64,000 nucleotides of DNA from an uncultured delta proteobacterium. GTDB lineage: Bacteria > Desulfobacterota > Binatia > UBA9968. Positions within the stretch are counted from its first letter, which is position 1. Each line of letters opens with the position of its first letter. The DNA lies in the NCBI GenBank assembly GCA_963737905.1, contig CAVTUQ010000009.1, forward strand, positions 128,001 through 192,000. Direction: 5' to 3'. Positions 9,862 to 20,116 of the stretch are shown piece after piece. The position numbers and the translations under genes are program-made. The notes beneath the pieces are model-generated. The model was not told the origin of the DNA. It saw only the letters and a list, made by a program, of their open reading frames with translations, and did no database searches.

Positions 9862-10097
9862 TTGAATGATTCTAATCGCTTGAGTCGCTTGAAACGTTTT
9901 TGAACGAGTTGAACAGGCTGTTCGCAAGCCCAACGGATTGAACTATTGAAACCTCGAACGTTGAACGCCACGATTGTCGTGGATCGCTTGACACGGATTC
10001 CGGAGTTTGGTACCCGTCGCGACGAAGGTTTCGAGCCGGTGCCGTTACCTGGCTGGACGATTTGAACGACTGGAACGTTTGGAACGAATTGAACGGA
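9862..10097. repeat. TTGAAC-core tandem repeats (7- and 9-bp units)
   Basis: 10062-10097 reads TTGAACGAC TGGAACGTT TGGAACGAA TTGAACGGA; degenerate copies at 9862-9967. Confidence 0.75.
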
Positions 10098-10106
10098 GGC
10101 TTGATC

Positions 10107-11141
10107 ATGGCAGACGTTGAACCTCGCGGAGCAGTGCATTGGATCGATCATTACGTGGTCGGAACGAACGATTTATCCAGCTGGGCTGAATGGGCCAATA
10201 AAGCTACCGGCCTTCCTCCAAGGCCTATTAACGGACTCACGACTAATATGAGAAAGAAGAACGTTCCGATATTTTGCTTTATGTGGTGGGACGGCGGCTC
10301 ATGCCGCATTGGTGCGTTCCTTCAGCCCGAGAACTATCCACCAGCCAAAGAGCTGGGCAAAGATATGCCCCGCTGCGGATTCTACATCCGGTCCGAGGAC
10401 ATCGATATGCATCTGCGCCGGCTCGACCAGCATAAGATCCCGCACAGCGACCCGATTCGGACAGCCGCCGAAGGCGACGAAGGCACAGTCATCCATTTGG
10501 CGGATCCGGATGGCAATCAATATGAGTTCTGGGCGCCGGTGAAAATGCCGGAAGGCGCCATGGAGATCGAGACTTCGGAGAAAGTCGGCCGAATCAGTCA
10601 CGTCGTGTACGGCTCCCGCGACCTGGCAAGATCCGCGGGCTTTTTTGAAAAATACTGCGGCATAGGAGTGGAGCATAACTCGAAGACCACCGAGGGGACG
10701 CTCATCTTACGGTTAAGAGCGGGCGGCCGCTTGATCTACAAGCTGGTTGATCAGGTCGATGAGCGCGTCGCTGGACACAGCCCTTGGTGGGACATGCACA
10801 CAGCGTTGTTGGTTCGTGAGGAAGAGTTCCTTCCCAACTACCGCCGTATGTGGGAAGGACTGCCCGAAGAAGCAGGTCCGAAGGAGACTCTCAATGATTC
10901 CCGTGAGAAAGAAGACGCGTTTCCAGCGCGCACAGGGTTGCACCGAAGCCCGGTCGGCTACAAATGGAAAGAGATCTATCAGCGCGGTGATGAGTTCTAT
11001 GACTGGGACGGCCATGCCTTCCACTTTTTCGGCGGCATACCGCTGAAAAACGACGGCTCGCTTGCGTTATACGAAGGCAAGGAACAGGAAGAGTACCTGC
11101 GCGAGCTCGCTGAGTCTCTGAAAAAAGGAGTCCAGCCGTAA
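10107..11141 (+). CDS. Two-domain VOC family protein
   Basis: WIDHYVV...DPDGNQYEF and GRISHVV...DMHTAL...DWDGHAFH; GGAGG RBS; the 15 upstream codons in the ORF track come from the repeat. Confidence 0.8.
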   Translation: MADVEPRGAVHWIDHYVVGTNDLSSWAEWANKATGLPPRPINGLTTNMRKKNVPIFCFMWWDGGSCRIGAFLQPENYPPAKELGKDMPRCGFYIRSEDIDMHLRRLDQHKIPHSDPIRTAAEGDEGTVIHLADPDGNQYEFWAPVKMPEGAMEIETSEKVGRISHVVYGSRDLARSAGFFEKYCGIGVEHNSKTTEGTLILRLRAGGRLIYKLVDQVDERVAGHSPWWDMHTALLVREEEFLPNYRRMWEGLPEEAGPKETLNDSREKEDAFPARTGLHRSPVGYKWKEIYQRGDEFYDWDGHAFHFFGGIPLKNDGSLALYEGKEQEEYLRELAESLKKGVQP

Positions 11142-11273
11142 TCAAAGGGTTAACCTGTCTGCAAAAATTGGTTCTGGTTCTTCGGCTAGCAGCCGGCGTA
11201 AGTTGCTTGAGATCTTCTTACCGGCATTCCCGCTAAGATCGGTTCGTGTTGCGGTTGTATTGTTCTTGACCAT
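11142..11273 (-). pseudogene. 43-codon ORF, possible truncated Dps-like N-terminus
   Basis: GGGAG RBS; MVKNNTTATRTDLSGNAGKKISSNLRRLLA resembles the start of Dps helix A, then diverges and stops. Confidence 0.3.
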
Positions 11274-11398
11274 TGTTCTGTTCTCCCTTCAGGTTAAGGG
11301 TTAGTTTGGTGAAGCGTCATTTGTCCGCGCAGAACTTCGACGAGGTCATCCAGACGGTCATGCGAGCCTGGCCGCATTGAGGTGAAACTTGCTGAATT

Positions 11399-12808
11399 TC
11401 AGACGTGTGAATCCGTCTTCGCATCGGTTTTCCCGGAGAGAGGTTGGAGCTCGCCGAGCATGGTCGGGATAAGTTCCGAGACCGTGGGATGAATGTGCAT
11501 CGCCCGTTGAATGACTGTGTAGGGCGCTTTGGTGTACATCACGTCTAAGATCGAGTGAATGACTTCGTCACCGCCCGTGCCTAGTATGGCGGCGCCCAAG
11601 ATCTCGCGCGTTTGCGCATCCACAACGATCTTCATGAAGCCCTGGGTTTCGCCCTTTTCGACGGCCCGTCCGACTTTGGTCATGGGACGCTTTCCGACGA
11701 GCCCGCTCCGGCCAGTCTTGCGGACTTCCGCTTCCGTCAAGCCTGCCCGTCCGAGCGGCGGATCGATATACAGCGCATACGTGGAGATGCGATCACTCAC
11801 CCGGCGCAGGTCGTTATCGAGAAGGTTCGCGGCGACAATTTCGGCATCGTTGAACGAGGTGTGTGTGAACGCGCCCTTGCCGTTGCAATCGCCCAGGGCC
11901 CAGATACCCGGCGCGCTGGTGCGCAATTGATCATCGACAACGACGTATCCGCGTTTATCTATTGAGACGCCAGCCTTTTCAAGGTCGAGGTCGTCGGTAT
12001 TAGGGCGCCGTCCCACCGCAAGCAGGACATGAGTTCCGTTGACTTCAGGGGCGCCGGTGGTGCAGTCCACGTGTGTAACAATATCCTCGCCGCGTTTAGA
12101 AAAGCCGATGCACTTCGCGTTCAATCTGACGTGGATCTTTTCGCGCTCGAGAATCTCCTTGATGGCCAAGGATACGTCTTCGTCCTCACGCTGAATCAGG
12201 CGTCCGGCCATCTCGATGATCGTGACTTCACTGCCAAAACGGCGGAACATTTGCCCGAATTCCAGACCGATGTAGCTGCCTCCCACAATAATGAGGTGCT
12301 TGGGAAGAAAGTCGATGTTCATCATGGAACTGTTGGTCAGGTATTCGACCTGTTCGAGCCCCGGCATCTGAGGCGCGATTGCGCGGCCACCCACGTTGAT
12401 AAAGATGCGCTCAGCCGTGAGTCTCTCCGAGCCGACCCTCACTTCTCGAGGTGACTCGAAGCGGGCGTGGCCCTCGTAGACGGTGCAGTGTTCCATCTTC
12501 TTCAGCCAAGCCTCGAGCCCAGTCCTCGATTGTCCCGAAATTTCGTCCTTCCGAGTCTTTACCCGCTTCATGTCCACGCTTACATTGCCAGCATCGACCC
12601 CGAAATCGGCGGCACGCCGGGCCACGTGGGCGGCGTAGGCGCTGGCGACCATGGTCTTAGTAGGAATACAACCTGTGTTAACGCAGGTACCACCGAACAA
12701 CTTGCGCTCGATGATCGCAACTTTCATCCCCGCAGTTGTCAGGCGCCGCGCTAAAAAAGGCCCAGCCTGACCCGTTCCAATAATGATCGCATCATAGGTA
12801 GTGGTCAT
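11399..12808 (-). CDS. Class I pyridine nucleotide-disulfide oxidoreductase (MerA/Lpd-like)
   Basis: IIIGTGQAG, GGTCVNTGCIPTK redox disulfide, GGSYIGLE and HPTVSE; no C-terminal CC pair as in true MerA. Confidence 0.9.
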   Translation of the reverse strand: MTTTYDAIIIGTGQAGPFLARRLTTAGMKVAIIERKLFGGTCVNTGCIPTKTMVASAYAAHVARRAADFGVDAGNVSVDMKRVKTRKDEISGQSRTGLEAWLKKMEHCTVYEGHARFESPREVRVGSERLTAERIFINVGGRAIAPQMPGLEQVEYLTNSSMMNIDFLPKHLIIVGGSYIGLEFGQMFRRFGSEVTIIEMAGRLIQREDEDVSLAIKEILEREKIHVRLNAKCIGFSKRGEDIVTHVDCTTGAPEVNGTHVLLAVGRRPNTDDLDLEKAGVSIDKRGYVVVDDQLRTSAPGIWALGDCNGKGAFTHTSFNDAEIVAANLLDNDLRRVSDRISTYALYIDPPLGRAGLTEAEVRKTGRSGLVGKRPMTKVGRAVEKGETQGFMKIVVDAQTREILGAAILGTGGDEVIHSILDVMYTKAPYTVIQRAMHIHPTVSELIPTMLGELQPLSGKTDAKTDSHV

Positions 12809-12894
12809 TAAAATCCTCTCACTCATGCGGTGGCCTTCGGCTGCCACAATGCCTTTGCCCAGAACGGAGCAATGGCGTCCTGTAGCGCCGTCAG

Positions 12895-14184
12895 CTAGAT
12901 GACTGTCCCGTCGGGAATGGTTGCGTTCTTTATGATGACGACGATCCCGTTTTGAATGACGAAGCCCAGATCCTCCCGGCTCGCCTCAACCACGCGGTCT
13001 TTATTCACGATCCGTACATTGCGCCCGATGCGTGCATTCTTGTCGACAATGGCTCGTTGGATCGTTGTGTTTGCACCAATGCCCAAGGGCACTTTCCCAA
13101 TCTCTAGGTTTTTGGCACGTTCTAGAGGGGATTCGTAGTAATCTGATCCCATCAACAACGCATTATCGATAACACAACCGGTTTCGATGCGAGATCGAAT
13201 TCCTATGACCGACCGCTTGATCGTGCACTCCTTAAGGATACATCCCTCGCCGACCATCGATTCGATTACCTTGCTGTCGAGCAACTTCGTGGGCGGCAGG
13301 TAGCGCGACCGCGTGTAGATCGGAGCCTTTTCATCGTAGAAACTAAAAGGCGGATCCGGCTGATAGGTGAGTGCCAGATTTGCGTTGTAGAACGCTTCGA
13401 TGGTCCCAATATCTTCCCAGTAATCTTTGAACAAATAGGCTTGCACATTGTAATCTCGCGCCGATGCCGGAAGGATTTCCTTACCAAAATCTGTTCGGTC
13501 AGGAGCTGCGTTTAATAGATCGTGTAGAACTTGCTTTTCAAACACATAGATCCCCATGGAACCGATATAAGGTAACTCCTTTGCCTTCTTCACGGGCAGG
13601 CCTAGAATCGTTGTGTCTACCCGCATCGCCTTGAGAGCATCACCTTTAGGCTTTTCGCTGAAAGACATCACGCGCCCGGTTTTGTCAATCTTCATCAAAC
13701 CCAGGTCGGACGCCCGGCGTTCATCGACCGGCACTACCGAAAGTGTGATGTCCGCTTTGGTCTCCCGATGGCGCTGAATGAAATCCGCGTAATTCATCCG
13801 GTACAAGTGATCCCCGGATAGAATGAGGTACTGATCGACATCCCACTCCGCGAATAGCCAAAGATATTTGCGCACGGCGTCAGCCGTTCCTTCAAACCAG
13901 CTCGGGCTTTCCGGCGTTTGCTGGGCCGCCAGCACTTCAACAAATCCCTGGGAGAAGCCTGCCATGCCGTAAGTGCGTCCAATGTGCCGGTTGAGAGAGG
14001 CCGAATTGAACTGCGTCAAAACGTAAATCCGTTGGATCTCAGAGTTGATGCAATTACTGATGGGAATATCGATCAAGCGATACTTGGCAGCTAGCGGAAC
14101 GGCCGGCTTCGCTCGAAGTTTGGTCAAAGGATACAGACGGGTTCCGGCACCCCCGCCCAAAATAATGGCCAGTACTCGTTTCAC
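12895..14184 (-). CDS. glgC: Glucose-1-phosphate adenylyltransferase (cyanobacterial/plant type)
   Basis: GTG start gives 429 aa; [75 protein letters not shown]. Confidence 0.97.
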   Translation of the reverse strand: MKRVLAIILGGGAGTRLYPLTKLRAKPAVPLAAKYRLIDIPISNCINSEIQRIYVLTQFNSASLNRHIGRTYGMAGFSQGFVEVLAAQQTPESPSWFEGTADAVRKYLWLFAEWDVDQYLILSGDHLYRMNYADFIQRHRETKADITLSVVPVDERRASDLGLMKIDKTGRVMSFSEKPKGDALKAMRVDTTILGLPVKKAKELPYIGSMGIYVFEKQVLHDLLNAAPDRTDFGKEILPASARDYNVQAYLFKDYWEDIGTIEAFYNANLALTYQPDPPFSFYDEKAPIYTRSRYLPPTKLLDSKVIESMVGEGCILKECTIKRSVIGIRSRIETGCVIDNALLMGSDYYESPLERAKNLEIGKVPLGIGANTTIQRAIVDKNARIGRNVRIVNKDRVVEASREDLGFVIQNGIVVIIKNATIPDGTVI

Positions 14185-14483
14185 AACGCGTCCGTCAGTG
14201 TTCCAGTCTATCGACCGCGGCCCAGGTTTGCTAGCGATCCGTCGTTTTGTGCAAAGAGTAGTCAACCAACCGTGGCTATGTCAACCCAGTTGCTTCACAA
14301 ATCGGGCCGTTTCGGATACGGTTATTTCGTCAAATAGTCGAGGGAGCGACGTCATGTCAAAGGTTAAAGGTTAAAGGCTTGCCCCGCAGTAAAATCAAGG
14401 TCTGGATACTTTTTTTCTCTGGAGGAGCTCGAAGCGTGCCTGGCGTGGCTTGGTCTGCCCGCTATCGCAGGCTGGAGCAAAAC

Positions 14484-15476
14484 CTATAATCGATCGATGA
14501 AACCGCTCTTGTCGAGCTCCCGGACCAACCTTGCGTCGATGAAATCTTCCGGATTCGCCGTTCGGGCTTTGGGTTGCGCTTTTTCTAAGGTCTTGAGCAG
14601 CACGGACACTCCCTCCAGGGTGGGATATGGCGGGATCTCCAAGTAGTGGATGACGCGCTCGTAGGCGTCGTCGAGGATCTCGCGGTCGTTGGTGCCGAGA
14701 TATTTGGCCATCACGCGGGTGGCGAACGCTTTGTCTTTCTTGGCGAGGACCGCGCCCTCGATGTAGGCTCTGAGAAATCGGCGCACCGTGTCCTCGTTGG
14801 TTTTGAGATATTTTCGGGTCGTTACCACGCCGTTCTGGTGGATGGTTGCTTCCAATGTGGCCATATCCAAAAGCTCGCGCATATTGGCTTTCCTGGCGCG
14901 CATCGTTGCAGGCACGGAGAGCGCGGCGGCTTGAACTTTTCCGGTGAGGAGCGCGACTACGGTCTCCGGCTGGCCACCGGTCTGCACCATGGTGATGTCC
15001 CGTTCGGGATTGAGGCCATTTTTCTCCAAAGCGAATCGGGAGGCGAAGTCGGAAAGCGTGCCGAAGCGTGTGGCGCCGAAAAGTTTGCCTTTTAGATCGG
15101 CTATCCGGGTGATATCCGGCCGGCTGAAGATAGAGAACAAAAATTTCTTGAGAATCGTCGCGACGATGACGGTATCGGCGCCGGCCAAATTAGCTTGCAT
15201 CGAAGCTGTGCCGCCGAGCTGAATAATCGGCACCTCGCCCGAAAGCATCGCCTGCAAGGCCAAAGAGCTGCCCGGTATATGGATCGCCTCGACCCCGAGT
15301 CCGTGCTTCTCGTAGAGGTTTGCTTCTTTGGCGAACCACATCGTCATCTGCGGCGCGCCGACGGCGCCGCCACCGATGCGAATCTTTTCTAGCTTTTTGT
15401 CTTGGGCGAGCCCCTGAGAGAACCACGATGCCATGCAAATAACGATTAGCGGAACGATGTGAAGGGACCTTTTCAT
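14484..15476 (-). CDS. ABC substrate-binding protein, NMT1/SsuA type
   Basis: Signal peptide; DLKGKLFGATRFGTLSD; RRFLRAYIE; GGAGG RBS. Confidence 0.88.
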   Translation of the reverse strand: MKRSLHIVPLIVICMASWFSQGLAQDKKLEKIRIGGGAVGAPQMTMWFAKEANLYEKHGLGVEAIHIPGSSLALQAMLSGEVPIIQLGGTASMQANLAGADTVIVATILKKFLFSIFSRPDITRIADLKGKLFGATRFGTLSDFASRFALEKNGLNPERDITMVQTGGQPETVVALLTGKVQAAALSVPATMRARKANMRELLDMATLEATIHQNGVVTTRKYLKTNEDTVRRFLRAYIEGAVLAKKDKAFATRVMAKYLGTNDREILDDAYERVIHYLEIPPYPTLEGVSVLLKTLEKAQPKARTANPEDFIDARLVRELDKSGFIDRL

Positions 15477-15550
15477 ACCGACCTCCTCGAAACCGGGTTC
15501 CAACCGAGTTTCATTAGCAGAACTCTAACCGGAGCACAATTCAGTGCTTG

Positions 15551-15577
15551 GTTCAAAACGTTCAAGCTCGTTCAACC
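15551..15577. repeat. GTTCAA-core tandem repeat
   Basis: GTTCAAAAC GTTCAAGCTC GTTCAACC. Confidence 0.6.
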
Positions 15578-15753
15578 TGTTAAGAAATAGAGGATTGGCC
15601 CTGAATTGTGCTGAACGGTTACAGCGGTACTAAACACGAAGATAGTCTTCCGTGCTATAAGTGTTTGCACGAGTTTCGGTCAGCGACAGTACGCCACCGG
15701 TTGTTGCGATGGCAGACTGCGGCGGCTATTTACAAAAGCAAAAGAGGTTAACC

Positions 15754-16800
15754 ATGAGGATATTAGTCGGCGCAATGCTTGTAGCTTTCTTCGTCACCGC
15801 GCCCGCGTGGGGCCAAACCAGCAATTTATCGTCTCCGGTTGACTTGGCTTCTTATTCCGGTTCGGACTGGGAGCGTTTGCTCGTTGAAGGCGCTAAACGG
15901 GAAGGCAAACTTGTCTGGTACACGACCTTAGCGGCTGATCAGAATAAACAAATCGCCAATTCCTTCGAAACGAAATATCCGGGCGTAAAAGTCGAGACCT
16001 ACCGAACCGGATCGAGCGCCCTGGCGCAGAGAGTTCTCGCTGAGGCCAAGGCGCGGCGCCACTTTGTTGACGCTATCGAAACAACACTCCCTGGGTTACT
16101 GACTTTCCGTGACAACCAGTTATTATTGCCCTACACGTCACCGCACCTTGCGGCGTACCCCGAAGACTCCAAAGAGAAAGGCCCGCAGAGCCTGGTTTAC
16201 TGGACGATTGATCGCGAATCGTTTATCGGTTTCGGTTACAACAGGAATTTACTGGCCGTAGCGGACGTGCCCAAGAATTTCGACGGTCTAACCCGACCGG
16301 CGCTACGGGATAACATGGGATTGTCCGGGGATGACACGGGTGCTCGAATCCTTGGGGCCATGGTGAAGGTCAAAGGCGATGGTTTCGTTAAAAGGTTAAA
16401 GGAACAAAACATCAGGATGCACATGATGGCGGGCAGCGCCTTAACCCAGCTGGTGGCTGCGGGAGAAATATTTGCTTCCCCAAGCCAGTTTTATAGCGCT
16501 ACCAATGTCGCCGCGAAGCGAGGTGCCCCGGTGGCCTGGGTTCCGATGGACCTGGTGGTCACCAATGCGGGAGGGGCGGCCGTGTACGGCAACGCCCAGC
16601 GGCCCTATGCGGCGCTTCTCTTTGTAGATTTTCTCTTGAGCCCGGAGGGGCAAAAATTACTCGAAGACTTATACTTTGGCAGCGCCCAGAAGGATTATGG
16701 GTTCAAGCGCTGGTATCCCGAAAAAGGCGGCACGCTGGCTCAGTACGACGAATCTCTGGAAAGCTGGCACAAGCTGCTCAAGGAAATCACGCGGAAGTGA
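15754..16800 (+). CDS. ABC substrate-binding protein, AfuA/iron-thiamine-like type
   Basis: Signal peptide; GAKREGKLVWYT; LVAAGE; AALLFVDFLLSPEGQ. Confidence 0.88.
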   Translation: MRILVGAMLVAFFVTAPAWGQTSNLSSPVDLASYSGSDWERLLVEGAKREGKLVWYTTLAADQNKQIANSFETKYPGVKVETYRTGSSALAQRVLAEAKARRHFVDAIETTLPGLLTFRDNQLLLPYTSPHLAAYPEDSKEKGPQSLVYWTIDRESFIGFGYNRNLLAVADVPKNFDGLTRPALRDNMGLSGDDTGARILGAMVKVKGDGFVKRLKEQNIRMHMMAGSALTQLVAAGEIFASPSQFYSATNVAAKRGAPVAWVPMDLVVTNAGGAAVYGNAQRPYAALLFVDFLLSPEGQKLLEDLYFGSAQKDYGFKRWYPEKGGTLAQYDESLESWHKLLKEITRK

Positions 16801-16810
16801 ACCGATCAAG

Positions 16811-16847
16811 GTTCAAGTCGTTCCAGCCGTTCAAATCGTTCAAACCG
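16811..16847. repeat. GTTCAA-core 9-bp tandem repeat
   Basis: GTTCAAGTC GTTCCAGCC GTTCAAATC GTTCAAACC. Confidence 0.8.
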
Positions 16848-16874
16848 CCTGAAACCAACGAAGTATGCATAGAA

Positions 16875-17058
16875 TGTCGACCGAGGAGCGAGCCTCGGAG
16901 GGAGCAGGCACAGGGACGTAGAGCTACGCTGACTTCTATGACTTTGGCTATAGGATTGCGTTTCTTCTTCACTTTGCGATCCGCCACTCAAGTTTGCGGG
17001 CCTCCTCAAGGCACAGACCCATTGCCTGCGACCGGAGAGGCTCGTTCCTCGGTCAACA
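16875..17058. other. 184-nt inverted-repeat element (MITE or structured ncRNA)
   Basis: 22-bp terminal IR TGTCGACCGAGGAGCGAGCCTC / GAGGCTCGTTCCTCGGTCAACA, plus nested stems GCAGGCA/TGCCTGC and GGATTGC/GCGATCC. Confidence 0.6.
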
Positions 17059-17094
17059 ACGCCTCGATCTTTCCGCGATCCATGACTGATAGGG

Positions 17095-18813
17095 TTAGTG
17101 AGTGCCGCAGATTACATTGAGGACCGCCTGGCGTTTTTCCTCACGGACGACTTTAAGAGCGCGCTTCAGCGCCGGCAGGAGCTGCTGGGGATCATCCACC
17201 ATCTCACCGTAGCCGCCGTGGGCGGCAACCACCATCTCGTAGCGCGGCGACGGCGTCAGGTCACACAGCGGAAAGTTTTCGGTACTTACCGCCCAGCCGT
17301 CCGGCATGACCTGCTCCGTCGCGGCCTTGGTGGAGTGCCAGATTGCATTGTTGCAGACGATCGTCAGCATGGGAAGATCGTAGGCCTGGGAAACAAAATG
17401 GCAGGCCGTGGGGTTGTTAAACATATATGTTCCGTCGCCGACGCTGGCAATGACGGTTTTCTCGGGGTGGGCGAGTTTCATGCCTAAACCGCCTCCGATA
17501 CCCCAACCGAGACCACCGGCCGGGGAGCCACCAAAATAACTTGCGGGCTCGCTCAAACTAAGCTGCTCTTGCGACACACCGTGATCGTTGACGATGAGCG
17601 TCTCGCTGTCTCTCACCTGGTCGACGCAGTAGGATAGCCAGGCAGTATCAATGGGTCGTTCCCCACTGGCCTTTTCGGCTTTCTGTTTTACCCGCTCGCG
17701 GTACTGTTGGTGCTGAGCGCGAATACGCTGGGCGCGCTGGGCTAACAAATCATTCCGCGGTTGGCGCTCCAATTCCTGCGCCAGCAGCTCCAGCGCGCTC
17801 TTGGGATCGCCGCCAATAGAGATGTCCTTGGGAAAACTGCGGATCGGAATGCCGCTGTAGTTCGGGTCCCGCGCGATCTGGATGACCTTGGCGTTCTCAG
17901 GAGGCCTGGCTTGGAATGGATACCATGGCACGTCGCACTCGACCACGACGACGACATCCGCGTCTTTGACGTAGGGCGCGGAACTGACACCGAGATGAAA
18001 ATCATGGGTGTTGGGAAAACTCACGAAGGGGCTTGCGGGCGTGACCACCGGCGCCACCAGCGCTTCGGCAAATGAAACGATAGCGCTCACGGCGGTGGGA
18101 TCGGAGCCCAACCGGCCCGTGATAATCAGAGGATTCGACGCTTGACGAAGGATTTCGGCAGTTCGCTTGATGGTTTCGGCACTGGGTTGCAAGGCTTCGG
18201 CTTTGGCTTTGCGATAAGGATGAATGGTGACGGAGTCCATTTTCTGCGCCAGGACTTCACGCGGCAGGGTCAGATAGACCGGGCCTTGCGGTGCACCGAG
18301 CGCCATTTCCAGCGCCCGGTCGACCACTGTTTCCACCTGGTCCCCATTACGCAACTCGTAGTCCCAACGCGTGAACTCGCGCAGCAGGCTTCCCTGATCG
18401 AAAGACTCCTGCCCCCAGTGGATGAAGTTGGTTCGGCTGCCGCGCAGCCCTTCCTCCGTGAGCGGCGTCCTGCCGGCGGAAAAAATCATCGGCACATTGA
18501 GACGCGACGCGTTCATCACCGCCGCCGATGCGTTTCCCGTCCCGACGATCACGTGAACCATAACGACCTGCGGCTCTCCCGTAATCATGGCGTAGCCCTG
18601 AGCCATGCTCACCGCGACGAATTCATGCGGAACCGTGATCGGCTTCGGATGCGGTTTTTTCTCGGCGGCGAATTTTGCCAAGCCGTCGATGATCGGTCCG
18701 AAGTCGGTGCCGCTGTTGCCGAAAAAGTACTTGATCCCCCGCGCGCGCAGAATTTCTAAATAAGCCTGGCCGACGGTCTCGACCGGAATCGTGATGGCCT
18801 TGCTCATTTCCAT
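17095..18813 (-). CDS. Thiamine diphosphate-dependent enzyme (acetolactate synthase/benzoylformate decarboxylase-like)
   Basis: FFGNSGTD, PHEFVA catalytic Glu, and the GDG...NN motif (VGDGTYMF...VCNN). Confidence 0.92.
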   Translation of the reverse strand: MEMSKAITIPVETVGQAYLEILRARGIKYFFGNSGTDFGPIIDGLAKFAAEKKPHPKPITVPHEFVAVSMAQGYAMITGEPQVVMVHVIVGTGNASAAVMNASRLNVPMIFSAGRTPLTEEGLRGSRTNFIHWGQESFDQGSLLREFTRWDYELRNGDQVETVVDRALEMALGAPQGPVYLTLPREVLAQKMDSVTIHPYRKAKAEALQPSAETIKRTAEILRQASNPLIITGRLGSDPTAVSAIVSFAEALVAPVVTPASPFVSFPNTHDFHLGVSSAPYVKDADVVVVVECDVPWYPFQARPPENAKVIQIARDPNYSGIPIRSFPKDISIGGDPKSALELLAQELERQPRNDLLAQRAQRIRAQHQQYRERVKQKAEKASGERPIDTAWLSYCVDQVRDSETLIVNDHGVSQEQLSLSEPASYFGGSPAGGLGWGIGGGLGMKLAHPEKTVIASVGDGTYMFNNPTACHFVSQAYDLPMLTIVCNNAIWHSTKAATEQVMPDGWAVSTENFPLCDLTPSPRYEMVVAAHGGYGEMVDDPQQLLPALKRALKVVREEKRQAVLNVICGTH

Positions 18814-19079
18814 AAAGTTCCTCCTTGATGCTTCAAGAAATCATCTTTAACCTATTCGGAGAAAAATTGGCAACTACTTTTGTACGAATTGGATTCTCCA
18901 TTTAGACTCACCCAACCCGGATTATTCATAGGCAAGTACCCCCTTACGCGGAGCGGGAAGGCAGGGTGGGTTTACGAGCAAGGCGTACACGAGGAGATCG
19001 GCTGCTATTCGTCGGCCCAAGGTATATAAGATGAACCACGACACTCGCATGGGTACAGGTGTCATAGAAGAGGAGAGCA

Positions 19080-20084
19080 ATGGAGCATACCCTAACATTA
19101 ATACCCGGGGATGGCATCGGGCCGGAAGTAACCAAACCCACTCTCAAGATCATCAAAGCCGCCGGGGTGAAAGTGAAATGGGAAACTCAGTTGGCCGGTG
19201 CAGAGGCGTTGAAGAAGAAGGGGACAACCCTGCCGAAAGAGTTGATGGACTCCTTCGAGAAGCGCAAGGTCGCTTTAAAGGGCCCGGTGACCACGCCGGT
19301 GGGCGAGGGCTTCGCGAGCGTGAATGTGGAGCTCCGGCAGACCTTCGATCTCTACGCGAATCTACGACCCATCAAAAATCTACCCGGTGTAAAGGCGCGC
19401 TATCGCGACGTGGATCTTATTGTTGTGCGTGAGAATACCGAGGGGCTTTATTCCGGTATCGAGCACGAAGTTGTGCCGGGTGTCATGGAGAGTCTGAAAA
19501 TCATTACAGAAAAGGCGTCCACTCGAATTGCAAAATTCGCCTTCGATTATGCTCGAGCGCATGGGCGAAAAAAAGTGACCACGATCCATAAAGCGAATAT
19601 CATGAAACTCACGGACGGCCTGTTTCTGCAATGTGCGAAGACGGTAGGAGGCCGCTACAAGAACATCGATTTCAGTGACCTCATCGTCGACAACGCTTGT
19701 CTCCAACTGGTGCTGGACCCGACGCGGCTCGACGTTCTGCTCTTGGAAAATCTCTATGGTGATATTGTCTCGGATCTCGCCGCCGGACTCGTAGGGGGGT
19801 TAGGGGTGGTTCCAGGAGCTAATCTCGGCGACGCCCACGCCTTGTTCGAAAGCGTTCATGGCAGCGCCCCGGATATCAAGGGCAAGAACATCGCGAACCC
19901 AACGGCCCTTATTCTGGCTGCGGTGATGATGCTCGAACACATTTCGGAAAAAATGGCCGCCAGACGAATTTACGACTCCCTGGAAACCGTGTTAATGAAA
20001 GGGGAAGTGCTGACACCGGATCTCGGCGGATCGGGTACGACGACGAAATTCGCCGATGCGATCATCAAAGAGATCGAGCGGTAA
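19080..20084 (+). CDS. Isocitrate/isopropylmalate dehydrogenase family (NAD-IDH-like)
   Basis: IPGDGIGPEV, RENTEG, HKANIMK, NLYGDIVSD and HGSAPDI motifs. Confidence 0.93.
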   Translation: MEHTLTLIPGDGIGPEVTKPTLKIIKAAGVKVKWETQLAGAEALKKKGTTLPKELMDSFEKRKVALKGPVTTPVGEGFASVNVELRQTFDLYANLRPIKNLPGVKARYRDVDLIVVRENTEGLYSGIEHEVVPGVMESLKIITEKASTRIAKFAFDYARAHGRKKVTTIHKANIMKLTDGLFLQCAKTVGGRYKNIDFSDLIVDNACLQLVLDPTRLDVLLLENLYGDIVSDLAAGLVGGLGVVPGANLGDAHALFESVHGSAPDIKGKNIANPTALILAAVMMLEHISEKMAARRIYDSLETVLMKGEVLTPDLGGSGTTTKFADAIIKEIER

Positions 20085-20116
20085 AGCCTTTACTTGACCA
20101 AAGGCTTTCATCGCCG

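Noticed and set aside
11399-12808. merA mercury resistance
   Set aside because: No C-terminal Cys-Cys pair, no NmerA domain and no mer operon genes.
16875-17058. Definite 6S RNA or integron attC call
   Set aside because: No zapA/ygfA synteny, no recognisable 6S motifs and no RYYYAAC/GTTRRRY ends; kept only as an unassigned structured element.
16797-17120. Short ORFs with FKSFQPFK / LERFERLE periodic peptides (also at 9816-10151, 37688-37939, 50143-50331)
   Set aside because: They are translations of the 9-bp DNA repeats, not proteins.
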